From Macrostomum lignano (Eukaryota), in NCBI GenBank assembly GCA_002269645.1, contig NIVC01000392.1, forward strand, positions 434,001 through 498,000: 64,000 nt of DNA, read 5' to 3'. The position numbers and the translations under genes are program-made. This document shows positions 10,941 to 24,100 of the stretch, in pieces. Positions within the stretch are counted from its first letter, which is position 1, and the number at the start of each line of letters is the position of its first letter. Under the pieces are notes generated by a model. It saw nothing but the letters and a program-made list of their open reading frames with translations, searched no databases and had not been told where the DNA came from.

Positions 10941-11160
10941 TATTGGAATGATCATAGTTGAGGCGAATAAGTCTTGCAGCGGCTGTGGATTTGCCAACGG
11001 CTTGCTGTGAATGGCAGCGACTAGATGTCTGGCTTGCCGAAGACTTTTTAAAGACTTTTTAGCGGTCAGCTTTAAAGGGTTGCGAGACAGACCCGTGAAA
11101 CATGACAAGAAATTCATGCTTAACCTGCTCAACCGGGCCAGCGGCGCCTGCCGCATGCTG
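10941..11160 (+). pseudogene. Degenerate, internally deleted lectin-PAN fragment f3 retaining a variable-loop variant
   Basis: GTTGAGGCG..GCAGCGGCTG..GCCAACGG..GCGACTAGATGTCTGGCTTGCCGAA..GGGTTGCGAGACAGACCCGTGAAACATGACAAGAAATTC, then a jump to AACCGGGCCAGCGGCGCCTGCCGCATGCTG (loop FLAVSFKGLRDRPVKHDKKF). Confidence 0.75.
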
Positions 11161-12371
11161 AATATGCATTCGAAACTCGATCGGTTTATTTAGCCGATGG
11201 CTGGACACCTTGATGCGTTTATTTTTTTCGCTATATGATTATAAGAGTTAGAAATCTGAAATATTACATTAAGCCAGAAAATAAGTAGAGAATTATGAAA
11301 TGCCCAGGCGCAGTAAAGGGCGAGGCAGAAAAGCACAATGGAACCCCTAGATAGCTATTAGAAGGGCAAGCAGAAGCAGCATTAAGATAATTAATCAACT
11401 GTCAAATTAGATATGAATGACCGAATCTAATACAGCTTCGCTCCATTCCAGTGAGTAGCAACACCCCGCCGCAGGCACAATGGCGCTTAAACCGGCCGGG
11501 AGAAGCAAACCGAGGAGAGGCCCGACTTAAACAGCAATAACGTCAAAGAGAGCAATCGGCCCGTGGCACGCGTCAGAACCTGGCGAACTTTTAGAGGAGA
11601 ATCGCACGGCCCGCCCACGGACTTCTATCCAACCCGAAGCTGCCCAAGAAGGCGAGATCAACCCCAAGAAGCTTGACAACCAAGAGAGAGAGAGAGAGAG
11701 GACTGTATAATCATCCATGGACAGAGTTAAGAAACGGCCGAGTGAATCCCAAGGTTGCGCATGTATGTAACTAACCCTCACACTTAGCAACCTACTAGAA
11801 CTAACTAAATTCGTGTACAACTAAGGGGGCTGAGTCCCAGATTTTTATTGCTTAAAACCCCCCGCCGTTGTTAACCACGCGAAAACACCCCACCGGCGGC
11901 GGGGGGAGGTCAAAAACGCCAACCTGTATTAAAATAGACGCCCTTTTCAAACTGGAGCGGCGGCCTCGAGCTCCCTCCTGCGCGATTTCAGATCTCAACT
12001 CGCTCTATTTGTATTGGTCTCTGGATTATCCAGTTGGCTCAAATCTAAGTCTTAAACCAAATCATTTGTCTTAAACGTTACGCAGAGCGAAATATTCGTG
12101 TGATCAAGTTCAGCCTAGATACTAGGAGATCCCGTCAGTTTATTCGGTTTCCTCTGACGGCCTGATAGAAGAATTCAAGAGCTGTAAGAACCTTAGACCG
12201 CTAGACCCATATCATAGAAAGTGAGAACACAAACAATAAGGCACCAGAGGAAAACGCATATAATGATTGTAGCCACTGCTTATGCTAAGAAACCACCACC
12301 GTATATTGAAACGTTATGATATACACTAGTGGAGCTTAAATGCATGAGAACTCAACAAATAGGAATGATGC

Positions 12372-12680
12372 GGGGCAGAGCAGCTCAGTGGTAAAAGCGT
12401 CCGACTCTCGCGTCACGACCCTTGGTTCAACTTAGTGCGCGGCCCACATAATTAATTTGGGGCTTGTGTGCACCAAGACTTGACCGGGGTTGTCGTGATA
12501 TTCACAGCGATGTTGGTCAACCCTCAAGGCACACAGAGTGCACATGCCTCAGCGCTGGTTCAGGGACAATGTCGCCGAAGACATAGCAACTGATGTTTAC
12601 TACCCACTAACACGCATGAGGGCAGCGTGCTATTTCCATTGTCTGCTTCAGGCTCAGAAAGCGTCAATCAAATTTCCTAC
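12372..12680 (+). mobile_element. tRNA-derived SINE-like element
   Basis: GGGGCAGAGCAGCTCAGTGGTAAAAGCG (A-box) ...GGTTCAAC (B-box-like); its body shares about 32 bp with 486-518. 3' end approximate. Confidence 0.5.
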
Positions 12681-13009
12681 TTAATCGGAGAAGCTATTTC
12701 TGCCCCGTCTAAAAGCAACCCATGAAAAAATTGGGCTAAGAATTAACAGGAAAAAATAGACAAAGCCTATAATTATAATGAGCAAAAACTTGTCTAAAAA
12801 GCATTCGCATATAGTTAAAAGCAATCTACCTGCTTTCATAAGTTTCTGCAGCTGCAAAGCGACAGAAAACACAGTACAAAATAGCATATATCAAAACTAG
12901 CAGTGCATTATAAGTTAAACTGCAGCTACAATATAATTTACACCGAGTCAGGTGACTGAAAAGGCAAAAAAGCCAATACGGAGCTATTGATTAGGGGTGA
13001 TTGTCAGAG

Positions 13010-15175
13010 AGGATCAGGGACGATCCTAGGACAGGATTAGAACCAAGTCTAGGAGAGGATTAGGGATGATTCTACGAGAGGATTACGGGCGATTCTAGGA
13101 CAGGATTAGGGATGATTCTAAAAGAGGATTAGGGATGATTCTAAGAGAGGATTAGGGATGATTCTAAGAGAGGATTAGGGATGATTCTGGGAGAGGATTA
13201 GGAATGGTTCTAAGAGAGGATTAGGGATGATTCTGGGAGAGGATTAGGGATGATTCTAAGAGAGGATTAGGAATGATTCTAAGAGAGGATTAGGGATGAT
13301 TCTAAGAGAGGATTAGGAATGATTTTAAGAGAGGATTAGGAATGATTCTAAGAGAGGATTAGGGATGATTCTAAGAGAGGATTAGGAATGATTCTAAGAG
13401 AGGATTAGGAATGATTCTAAGAGAGGATTAGGAATGATTCTAAGAGAGGATTAGGGATGATTCTAAGAGAGGATTAGGAATGATTCTAAGAGAGGATTAG
13501 GAATGATTCTAAGAGAGGATTAGGAATGATTCTAAGAGAAGATTAGGAATGATTTTAAGAGAGGATTAGGAATGATTCTAAGAGAGGATTAGGGATGATT
13601 CTAAGAGAGGATTAGGAATGATTTTAAGAGAGGATTAGGAATGATTCTAAGAGAGGATTAGGAATGATTCTAAGAGAGGATTAGGAATGATTCTAAGAGA
13701 GGATTAGGAATGATTTTAAGAGAGGATTAGGAATGATTCTAAGAGAGGATTAGGAATGATTCTAAGAGAGGATTAGGAATGATTCTAAGAGAGGATTAGG
13801 AATGATTCTAAGAGAGGATTAGGAATGGTTCTAAGAGAGGATTAGGAATGATTCTAAAAGAGGATTAGGAATGATTCTAAGAGAGGATTAGGAATGATTT
13901 TAAGAGAGGATTAGGAATGATTCTAAGAGAGGATTAGGAATGATTTTAAGAGAGGATTAGGAATGATTCTAAGAGAGGATTAGGAATGATTCTAAGAGAG
14001 GATTAGGAATGATTCTAAGAGAGGATTAGGAATGATTCTAAGAGAGGATTAGGAATGGTTCTAAGAGAGGATTAGGAATGATTTTAAGAGAGGATTAGGA
14101 ATGATTCTAAGAGAGGATTAGGAATGGTTTTAAGAGAGGATTAGGAATGGTTCTAAGAGAGGATTAGGAATGATTCTAAAAGAGGATTAGGAATGGTTCT
14201 ATGAGAGGATTAGGAATGGTTCTAAGAGAGGATTAGGAATGGTTCTAAGAGAGGATTAGGAATGGTTCTAAGAGAGGATTAGGAATGATTCTAAGAGAGG
14301 ATTAGGAATGATTTTAAGAGAGGATTAGGAATGATTCTAAGAGAGGATTAGGGATGATTCTAAGAGAGGATTAGGAATGGTTCTAAGAGAGGATTAGGAA
14401 TGGTTCTAAGAGAGGATTAGGAATGGTTCTATGAGAGGATTAGGAATGATTTTAAGAGAGGATTAGGAATGATTCTAAGAGAGGATTAGGGATGATTCTA
14501 AGAGAGGATTAGGAATGGTTCTAAGAGAGGATTAGGAATGGTTCTAAGAGAGGATTAGGAATGGTTCTATGAGAGGATTAGGAATGATTCTAAGAGAGGA
14601 TTAGGAATGATTTTAAGAGAGGATTAGGAATGATTTTAAGAGAGGATTAGGAATGGTTCTATGAGAGGATTAGGAATGGTTCTAAGAGAGGATTAGGAAT
14701 GATTCTATGAGAGGATTAGGAATGGTTCTAAGAGAGGATTAGGAATAATTCTATGAGAGGATTAGGAATGATTCTAAGAGAGGATTAGGAATGATTCTAA
14801 GAGAGGATTAGGAATGATTCTAAGAGAGGATTAGGAATGATTCTAAGAGAGGATTAGGAATGATTCTAAGAGAGGATTAGGAATGATTCTAAGAGAGGAT
14901 TAGGAATGATTCTAAGAGAGGATTAGGGATGATTCTAGGACAGGATTAGGGATAATTCTAAGAGAGGATTAGGGATGATTCTAGGACAGGATTAGGGATA
15001 ATTCTAAGAGAGGATTAGGAATGATTCTAAGAGAGGATTAGGGATGATTCTAGGACAGGATTAGGGATAATTCTAAGAGAGGATTAGGGATGATTCTAGG
15101 ACAGGATTAGGGATAATTCTAAGAGAGGATTAGGGATGATTCTGGGAGAGTATTAGGAATGATTCTGGGAGAGGA
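13010..15175. repeat. 23-bp minisatellite (GAGAGGATTAGGAATGATTCTAA)n, about 90 copies
   Basis: Tandem array read directly; related to the array at 22395-23300. Confidence 0.95.
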
Positions 15176-15714
15176 TTACGCTCGTAGAAGTATTAGGGGC
15201 GAAACGAGTATAAACGTCATAACAAAAATTGAATGAACCAAAACTAATTCCGATTTTTTGAAGATTATGAAGTAAAAACTCCAAAGAGGATATGCTGCTA
15301 TACTGACTGTACAGCTGCATGGTTTCAAAAAATGTTTATAATTACATTTAATTGACTCGTATTCGACTATTTACACAATCAAATTGACCGCAGAATAAAT
15401 TATTATCAACAAAAAAATTAAAACAAAAAAATTACAGATATGACATAAGAATTAGCTGCAAACAACTTTAGACCATTAAACTTACGATACGCAAAGTAGA
15501 ATTATGCAAACGAGTGCATCTACTTATATACAAGTAGTATCTGTGTATCCTGTCCAGCCTAATCTAAAAATCATATAAATTGGTAAATTCATGTGGGCTG
15601 CAATCATTAGACGTTTTTCGATTTCTGAGAGCTATTACGGCTTGGTAAAATTCATTACCAGTTAGTAGTCTCTTAACAATACGAAGAGTGTACTTTGAGT
15701 AGATTAAAGTCGTA

Positions 15715-17885
15715 CTCATGAGAAGATTGACGATAAACTCATGAGAAGATTGATTATAAACTCATGAGAAGATGGATAAACTTATAAGAAGATTGAGGAT
15801 AAACTCATGAGAAGATTGAGTGTAAACTCATGAGAAGATTGATTATAAACTCATGAGAAGATGGATAAACTTAAAAGAAGATTGAGGATAAACTCATGAG
15901 AAGATTGAGTGTAAACTCATGAGAAGATTGATTATAAACTCATGAGAAGATAGATTATAAACTCATGAGAAGATTGATTAAAAACTCATGAGAAGATGGA
16001 TTATAAACTCATGAGAAGATGAATAAACTTATAAGAAGATTGAGGATAAACTCATGAGAAGATTGAGGATAAACTCATGAGAAGATTGATTATAAACTCA
16101 TGAGAAGATTGATTATAAACTCATGAGAAGATTGATTATAAACTCATGAGAAGATTGAGGATAAACTCATGAGAAGATTGATTATAAACTCATGAGAAGA
16201 TTGATTATAAACTCATGAGAAGATGGATTATAAACTCATGAGAAGATGGATTATAAACTCATGAGAAGATGGATTATAAACTCATGAGAAGATTGATTAT
16301 AAACTCATGAGAAGATTGATTATAAACTCATGAGAAGATAGAGGATAAACTCATGAGAAGATGGATTATAAACTCATGAGAAGATTGAGGATAAACTCAT
16401 GAGAAGATTGAGGATAAACTCATGAGAAGATGGATTATAAAGTCATGAGAAGATTGATTATAAACTCATGAGAAGATTGATTATAAACTCATGAGAAGAT
16501 TGAGGATAAACTCATGAGAAGATTGATTATAAACTCATGAGAAGATTGATTATAAACTCATGAGAAGATGGATTATAAACTCATGAGAAGATTGATTATA
16601 AACTCATGAGAAGATGGATAAACTTAAAAGAAGATTGAGGATAAACTCATGAGAAGATTGAGTGTAAACTCATGAGAAGATTGATTATAAACTCATGAGA
16701 AGATAGATTATAAACTCATGAGAAGATTGATTAAAAACTCATGAGAAGATGGATTATAAACTCATGAGAAGATGAATAAACTTATAAGAAGATTGAGGAT
16801 AAACTCATGAGAAGATTGAGGATAAACTCATGAGAAGATTGATTATAAACTCATGAGAAGATTGATTATAAACTCATGAGAAGATTGATTATAAACTCAT
16901 GAGAAGATTGAGGATAAACTCATGAGAAGATTGATTATAAACTCATGAGAAGATTGATTATAAACTCATGAGAAGATGGATTATAAACTCATGAGAAGAT
17001 GGATTATAAACTCATGAGAAGATGGATTATAAACTCATGAGAAGATTGATTATAAACTCATGAGAAGATTGATTATAAACTCATGAGAAGATAGAGGATA
17101 AACTCATGAGAAGATGGATTATAAACTCATGAGAAGATTGAGGATAAACTCATGAGAAGATTGAGGATAAACTCATGAAAAGATGGATTATAAACTCATG
17201 AGAAGATTGATTATAAACTCATGAGAAGATTGATTATAAACTCATGAGAAGATTGAGGATAAACTCATGAGAAGATTGATTATAAACTCATGAGAAGATT
17301 GATTATAAACTCATGAGAAGATGGATTATAAACTCATGAGAAGATTGATTATAAACTCATGAGAAGATGGATTATAAACTCATGAGAAGATGGATTATAA
17401 ACTCATGAGAAGATTGATTATAAACTCATGAGAAGATTGATTATAAACTCATGAGAAGATTGATTATAAACTCATGAGAAGATTGATTATAAACTCATGA
17501 GAAGATGGATTATAAACTCATGAGAAGATTGATTATAAACTCATGAGAAGATTGATTATAAACTCATGAGAAGATTGATTATAAACTCATGAGAAGATTG
17601 ATTATAAACTCATGAGAAGATTGATTATAAACTCATGAGAAGATTGATTATAAACTCATGAGAAGATGGATTATAAACTCATGAGAAGATTGATTATAAA
17701 CTCATGAGAAGATAGATCATAAACTCATGAGAAGATAGATCATAAACTCATGAGAAGATAGATCATAAACTCATGAGAAGATGAATAAACTTATAAGAGG
17801 ATTGAGGATAAACTCATGAGAAGATTGAGGATAAACTCATAAAAAGATTGATGATAAACTCATGAGAATATTGAGGATAAACTCA
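15715..17885. repeat. 23-bp minisatellite (AAACTCATGAGAAGATTGATTAT)n, about 90 copies
   Basis: Tandem array; the variant block AAACTTAAAAGAAG recurs at about 15867 and 16620. Confidence 0.95.
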
Positions 17886-18394
17886 TGAGACATTTATGCT
17901 CATAAATATAATACGTAAAAAGTGGAAAAAGAATACTAAAACGAAGTAAAAAATATATAAAGATGAGTTAGAATTCGAAATGATTAAATAAAAAATGGCT
18001 ACAACAGACAAACAGTGAGGTTGCAATATTCAGGCAACTTTGAAAAAATAAGCAGCTCTTTCCAGGCTTCACAGAGCATTGAAACAAATTTAACAGTTCT
18101 ATTAATTATTTAACAGGTAGATTCACATTGCAAAGTAAAATTTGCACAAACGGGATGGTTTAACAATGGTTTTTTTAGCTGCTAATTTTAATAGTTTATA
18201 AATAAATAAATTTATTGAAGTAACTGATATATATAAACTAATTTATTTACAAGCGCACAGTCAGGCATATAACATAGGACAGCTCTATATTAATGCAATT
18301 TTGCTGCAAAAACTGGGTTTCGATTTTTAAATATAAAAATACTCTGAGACAAGAAAATAACAAATACAGGCGTGAGAGATGAGAAGGGCGAGAT

Positions 18395-20428
18395 GGGGTG
18401 TAAAGGGGAAGATGGGGAATCAAAGGGGAAGATGGGGAATCAAAGGGGAAGATGGGGAGTCAAAGGGGAAGATGGGGAATCAAAAGGGGAAGATGGGGAG
18501 TCAAAGGGGAAGATGGGGAATCAAAGGGGAAGATGGGGAATCAAAAGGGGAAGATGGGGAGTCAAAGGGGAAGATGGGGAATCAAAGGGGAAGATGGGGA
18601 GTCAAAGGGGAAGATGGGGAATCAAAAGGGGAAGATGGGGAATCAAAGGGGAAGATGGGGAATCAAAGGGGAAGATGGGGAATCAAAGAGGAAGATGGGG
18701 AATCAAAGGGGAAGATGGGGAATCAAAGGGGAAGATAGGGAATCAAAGGGGAAGATGGGGAATCAAAGGGGAAGATGGTGAATCAAAGGGGAAGATGGGG
18801 AATCAAAGGGGAAGATGGGGAATCAAAGGGGAAGATAGGGAATCAAAGAGGAAGATGGGAAATCAAAGAGGAAGACGAAGAATCAAAGAGGAAGATGGGG
18901 AATCAAAGGGGAAGATAAGGGAATCAAAGGGGAAGATGGGAAATCAAAGAGGAAGATGGGGAATCAAAGAGGAAGATGGGGAATCAAAGGGGAAGATGGG
19001 GAATCAAAGAGGAAGATGGGGAATCAAAGGGGAAGATGGGGAATCAAAGGGGAAGATGGGGAATCAAAGGGGAAGATAGGGAATCAAAGGGGAAGATGGT
19101 GAATCAAAGGGGAAGATGGGGAATCAAAGGGGAAGATGGGGAATCAAAGGGGAAGATAGGGAATCAAAGGGGAAGATGGGAAATCAAAGAGGAAGACGAA
19201 GAATCAAAGAGGAAGATGGGGAATCAAAGGGGAAGATAAGGGAATCAAAGGGGAAGATGGGAAATCAAAGAGGAAGATGGAGAATCAAAGAGGAAGATGG
19301 GGAATCAAAGGGGAAGATGGGGAATCAAAGGGGAAGATGGGGAATCAAAGGGGAAGATGGGGAATCAAAGGGGAAGATAGGGAATCAAAGGGGAAGATGG
19401 TGAATCAAAGGGGAAGATGGGGAATCAAAGGGGAAGATGGGGAATCAAAGGGGAAGATAGGGAATCAAAGGGGAAGATGGGAAATCAAAGAGGAAGACGA
19501 AGAATCAAAGAGGAAGATGGGGAATCAAAGGGGAAGATAAGGGAATCAAAGGGGAAGATGGGAAATCAAAGAGGAAGATGGAGAATTAAAGGGGAAGATG
19601 GGGAATCAAAGGGGAAGATAGGGAATCAAAGGGGAAGATGGGGAATCAAAGGGGAAGATGGGGAATCAAAGGGGAAGATAGGGAATCAAAGGGGAAGATG
19701 GTGAATCAAAGGGGAAGATGGGGAATCAAAGGGGAAGATGGGGAATCAAAGGGGAAGATAGGGAATCAAAGGGGAAGATGGGAAATCAAAGAGGAAGACG
19801 AAGAATCAAAGAGGAAGATGGGGAATCAAAGGGGAAGATAAGGGAATCAAAGGGGAAGATGGGAAATCAAAGAGGAAGATGGGGAATCAAAGGGGAAGAT
19901 GGGGAATCAAAGAGGAAGATAAGGGAATCAAAGGGGAAGATGGGGAATCAAAGAGGAAGATGGGGAATCAAAGGGGAAGATGGGGAATCAAAGAGGAAGA
20001 TGGGGAATCAAAGAGGAAGATGGGAAATCAAAGGGGAAGATAAGGGAATCAAAGGGGAAGATGGGGGAATCAAAGGGGAAGATGGGGAATCAAAGGGGAA
20101 GATGGGGGAATCAAAGGGGAAGATGGGGAATCAAAGGGGAAGATGGGAAATCAAAGAGGAAGATGGGGAATCAAAGAGGAAGATGGGGAATCAAAGAGGA
20201 AGATAAGGGAATCAAAGGGGAAGATGGGGAATCAAAGGGGAAGATGGGGAATCAAAGAGGAAGATGGGGAATCAAAGGGGAAGATGGGGGAATCAAAGGG
20301 GAAGATAGGGAATCAAAGAGGAAGATGGGGAATCAAAGGGGAAGATGGGGAATCAAAGGGGAAGATGGGGAATCAAAGAGGAAGATGGGGAATCAAAGGG
20401 GAAGATGGGGGAATCAAAGGGGAAGATG
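18395..20428. repeat. 20-bp minisatellite (GGGGAAGATGGGGAATCAAA)n, about 100 copies
   Basis: Tandem array; variant GACGAAG at about 18874, 19195, 19496 and 19797. Confidence 0.95.
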
Positions 20429-20780
20429 GTGCATTGAGGTGGTGAAAACAGACTCCAGTTAAAATAGAACAGGGAATCATCTTCAAGTAAGGCGGAAGGC
20501 AAAGCGTGTAGAAAATAGAGCCCATATATAACATTAAATTAAGCCCACTGGACACTACTGACAGTAGCAAATCAAAAAACAAGGTAAATGTACGTTAAAC
20601 AAAGTCAAGCAATAAAACGCGAGAAACAGGCGTCGAACAGACGGAGCAAAGCGAATAGCGGCGGTGCAGCAATAAAAGCAACTTAAAGCAAGCAAAAGAA
20701 ACTAGCTACTTAAACGGGCAAGCGGCATCGACAATCTGCGAGTGAAAAATAGAACTCCATATGACAAAAAATTATAAAAT

Positions 20781-21123
20781 TCATTTTGTCACGTTTCCAT
20801 TGGCAGCATCGGTCTCGGCCCCGGCGCCGTCAATATCCTCATCGCAGTCCATATCGGAGCCGTTTGAAATCGACAATCTCAGTCGCTTCATATCCGCCGC
20901 ATGTTGGTTTACCTTGCTCTCAGCTTCTTCCTCATCCTGCTTGATTGCGTCATCATTGTTGTCGGTCTCCTCTCTGGTGGTCTCCAGCTGGCAGGCTAGC
21001 GTTGTTTGACTGTTCCGTTTTAATATGCGCCGATCCGTGGGCGATGAAGCACCGGATGCTGGGCTGGTGTGTCTCAGCCTGGCGATGTCATTTTGGTTGG
21101 GAGAGCGTTCGAGCCAGTTTAAA
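20781..21123 (-). CDS. PPP4R3: PP4R3 putative terminal exon 7 (acidic low-complexity tail)
   Basis: CAG acceptor at 21124-21126; phase-compatible (GG|T); open frame [12 protein letters not shown]...[11 protein letters not shown] to TGA at 20781-20783. Alternative upstream AGs exist and would give an early stop. Confidence 0.6.
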
Positions 21124-24100
21124 CTGATTACTTTACATTAATGAAGTTAAAACCGCTAAAAGTCAGTACTTAAAACAAAAAGGATAAGTAAAATTTTTGT
21201 TTGATTGGTGGGTCAACGGTCTCAAGTGCGTGGGTCACCATTCTGATCGGTGGGTCAACGGTCTCAAGTGCGTGGGTCACCATTCTGATCGGTGGGTCAA
21301 CGGTCTCAAGTGTGTGGGTCACCATTCTGATCGGTGGGTCAACGGTCTTAAGTGTGTGGGTCACCATTCTGATCGGTGGGTCAATGGTCTCAAGTGTGTG
21401 GGTCACCATTCTGATCAGTGGGTCAATGGTCTCAAGTGTGTGGGTCACCATTCTGATCGGTGGGTCAACGGTCTTAAGTGTGTGGGTCACCATTCTGATC
21501 GGTGGGTCAACGGTCTCAAGTGTGTGGGTCACCATTCTGATCGGTGGGTCAACGGTCTCAAGTGTGTGGGTCACCATTCTGATCGGTGGGTCAATGGTCT
21601 CAAGTGTGTGGGTCACCATTCTGATCGGTGGGTCAACGGTCTTAAGTTCGTGGGTCACCATTCTGATCGGTGGGTCAACGGTCTCAAGTGTGTGGGTCAC
21701 CATTCTGATCGGTGGGTCAACGGTCTCAAGTGCGTGGGTCACCATTTTGATCGGTGGGTCAATGGTCTCAAGTGTGTGGGTCACGATAACGACACGGTAA
21801 CGATCTCAAGTGCGTGGGTCAAGCTTCAGACGATGTGTCAAAGATCCAAACTATGGGTCAAGATTTCAGTTGATGGGACGGACGGGATTTGAATCGGTGA
21901 GTTAGGGTCAAAATTTTAGTTAAACAAAATTTTCACTTTTAAATAACTTTTTGACGTACTTATTTACAATATATAAAAGATCCATACCACCAAAAATCAA
22001 AAAATACATTAACCAGTAAAATATAAAAATAGCAAAACCACCGGGAATTGCGATTCGCACTAAGGTTTTAAAAATGATTGCATTGTAGTTTAGGCAGGAC
22101 CGAACACAGGGCATAAAATAGCAGCACTCAAAACCACCAGTGCGCATCAAGTAAAACTGCAGCTACAATATAAATACACCGTCAGGTGACTTTAAAGACA
22201 CAAAAAGCCGATACACACACCCCTTAGCACAGCCATTGCTGACTGTGCTAACTGTTGTTGAACTTGCTGAAACATTAGGACTCCTTTGCTGCGCATGCGG
22301 TTCACCCGGCGGAGTTGGCGGTCTCAAACGAGGACGCTTGGACTTTTGCATGGCAACACTGGGTGGAAACGGCGCACCGTGTTTAAAAGGCGATTGTAGG
22401 ACAAGATTAGAGGATGTTCTAGGATAGGATTAGGGGCGATTCTAAGGCAGGATTAGGGGCGATTGTAAGGCAGGATTAGAGGATGTTCTAGGATAGGATT
22501 AGGGGCGATTCTAAGGCAGGATTAGGGGAGATTCTAGAACAGGATTAGGGGCGATTCTAAGGCAGGATTAGAGGAGATTCTAGGACAGGATTAGAGGAGG
22601 TTCTAGGGCAGGATTAGGGGAGATTCTAGGACAGGATTAGGGCCAATCTAAGGCAGGATTAGGGGAGATTTTAGGGCAGGAATAGGGGAGATTCTAGGAC
22701 AGGATTGGGGGCGATTCTAAGGCACGATTAGGGGAGATTTTAGGGCAGGATTAGGGGCGATTCTAGGGCAGGATTAGGGGAGATTTTAAGGCACGATTAG
22801 GGGAGATTCTAAGGCACGATTAGGGGAGATTCTAGGACAGGATTAGGGCCAATCTAAGGCAGGATTAGGGGAGATTTTAGGGCAGGAATAGGGGAGATTC
22901 TAGGACAGGATTGGGGGCGATTCTAAGGCACGATTAGGGGAGATTCTAGGGCAGGATTAGGGGCGATTCTAGGGCAGGATTAGGGGAGATTGTAAGGCAC
23001 GATTAGGGGAGATTCTAAGGCACGATTAGGGGAGATTCTAGGACAGGATTAGGGCCAATCTAAGGCAGGATTAGGGGAGATTTTAGGGCAGGAATAGGGG
23101 AGATTCTAGGACAGGATTGGGGGCGATTCTAAGGCACGATTAGGGGAGATTTTAGGGCAGGAATAGGGGAGATTCTAGGGCAGGATTAGGGGCGATTCTA
23201 GGGCAGGATTAGGGGAGATTGTAAGGCACGATTAGGGGAGAATTTTTAGTATATGGGATTCTAGGATTAGGGGAGATTCTTGAATAGGATTAGAGGCGAT
23301 TACACTGTTACAAAGGCCAACAAGTCGTTTGAAACACAATAAACAGACGCAGGCTCAAGAGAAATCTCACCCAACAATAGGCGAATCTGGCGGTCTCTTG
23401 TTATTACCGGCACCATGGCCAGCATCCTTAGCGGCCTTCTCCCTCAGCTGATTGTACCGCTGCTGCAACGACTGGCACATAGCAACCGCAGCTGGAGCCT
23501 TAGCAACCGCCTGTAGCAGGTCAGGCCAATACCGAGACTCCACAATATTAACAATCAAAGGAGCCAGGTCCTCCAGCAGTACGTATTCGAATAGCTCCAG
23601 CACAGAGGAGTGAATCATGTTGTAGCGGCTTCCGTGCCTGCCCAGCAGCTGCACTACCGGGTCCAGCAGCCGCTGCCGGACCAAGCAGCGCATGTACAGC
23701 TCGTCCTTTGCCGATGCTATTCTTCGAAGAAATCTCAGCGCGCTCAACGTCAGAAAGGCGTGACGAGAGCGCAGCAGGCATAGAGAATGACGCAACAGGT
23801 CGCTGGTGAGTAGTATGCCGCGAAAATGATTGACGTGCTGCTCGGCTGAGAACAGAGCCAAGCCCAGAATGCAGTGCTGCAGCTGGGCCAACCGGTAGCT
23901 GTCATTTGTTGGCCCGCCGTCATTCTGCGGCTCCACAGACTCGTCAACTGGCGTGTTGGACAGCAGCGGCTGCAGCAGGCGGGGCATCACGCGCTGGTAG
24001 AAATAGCGGAGGAACTCCAGCTTCACTGGCGTGGACCGGACCGGGCACAGCAGCTGGATGGGGAACGGGGGAAGGTGGGCGGATGAGGCGCTGTGTTTGT

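Noticed and set aside
13010-20428. CRISPR-like arrays
   Set aside because: Monomers are directly adjacent with no unique spacers; eukaryotic context, no cas genes.
18372-21892. ORFs with GEDGESKG (collagen-like) or [14 protein letters not shown] repeats
   Set aside because: Translations of 20-bp and 42-bp minisatellites with frame switching; no coding signature.
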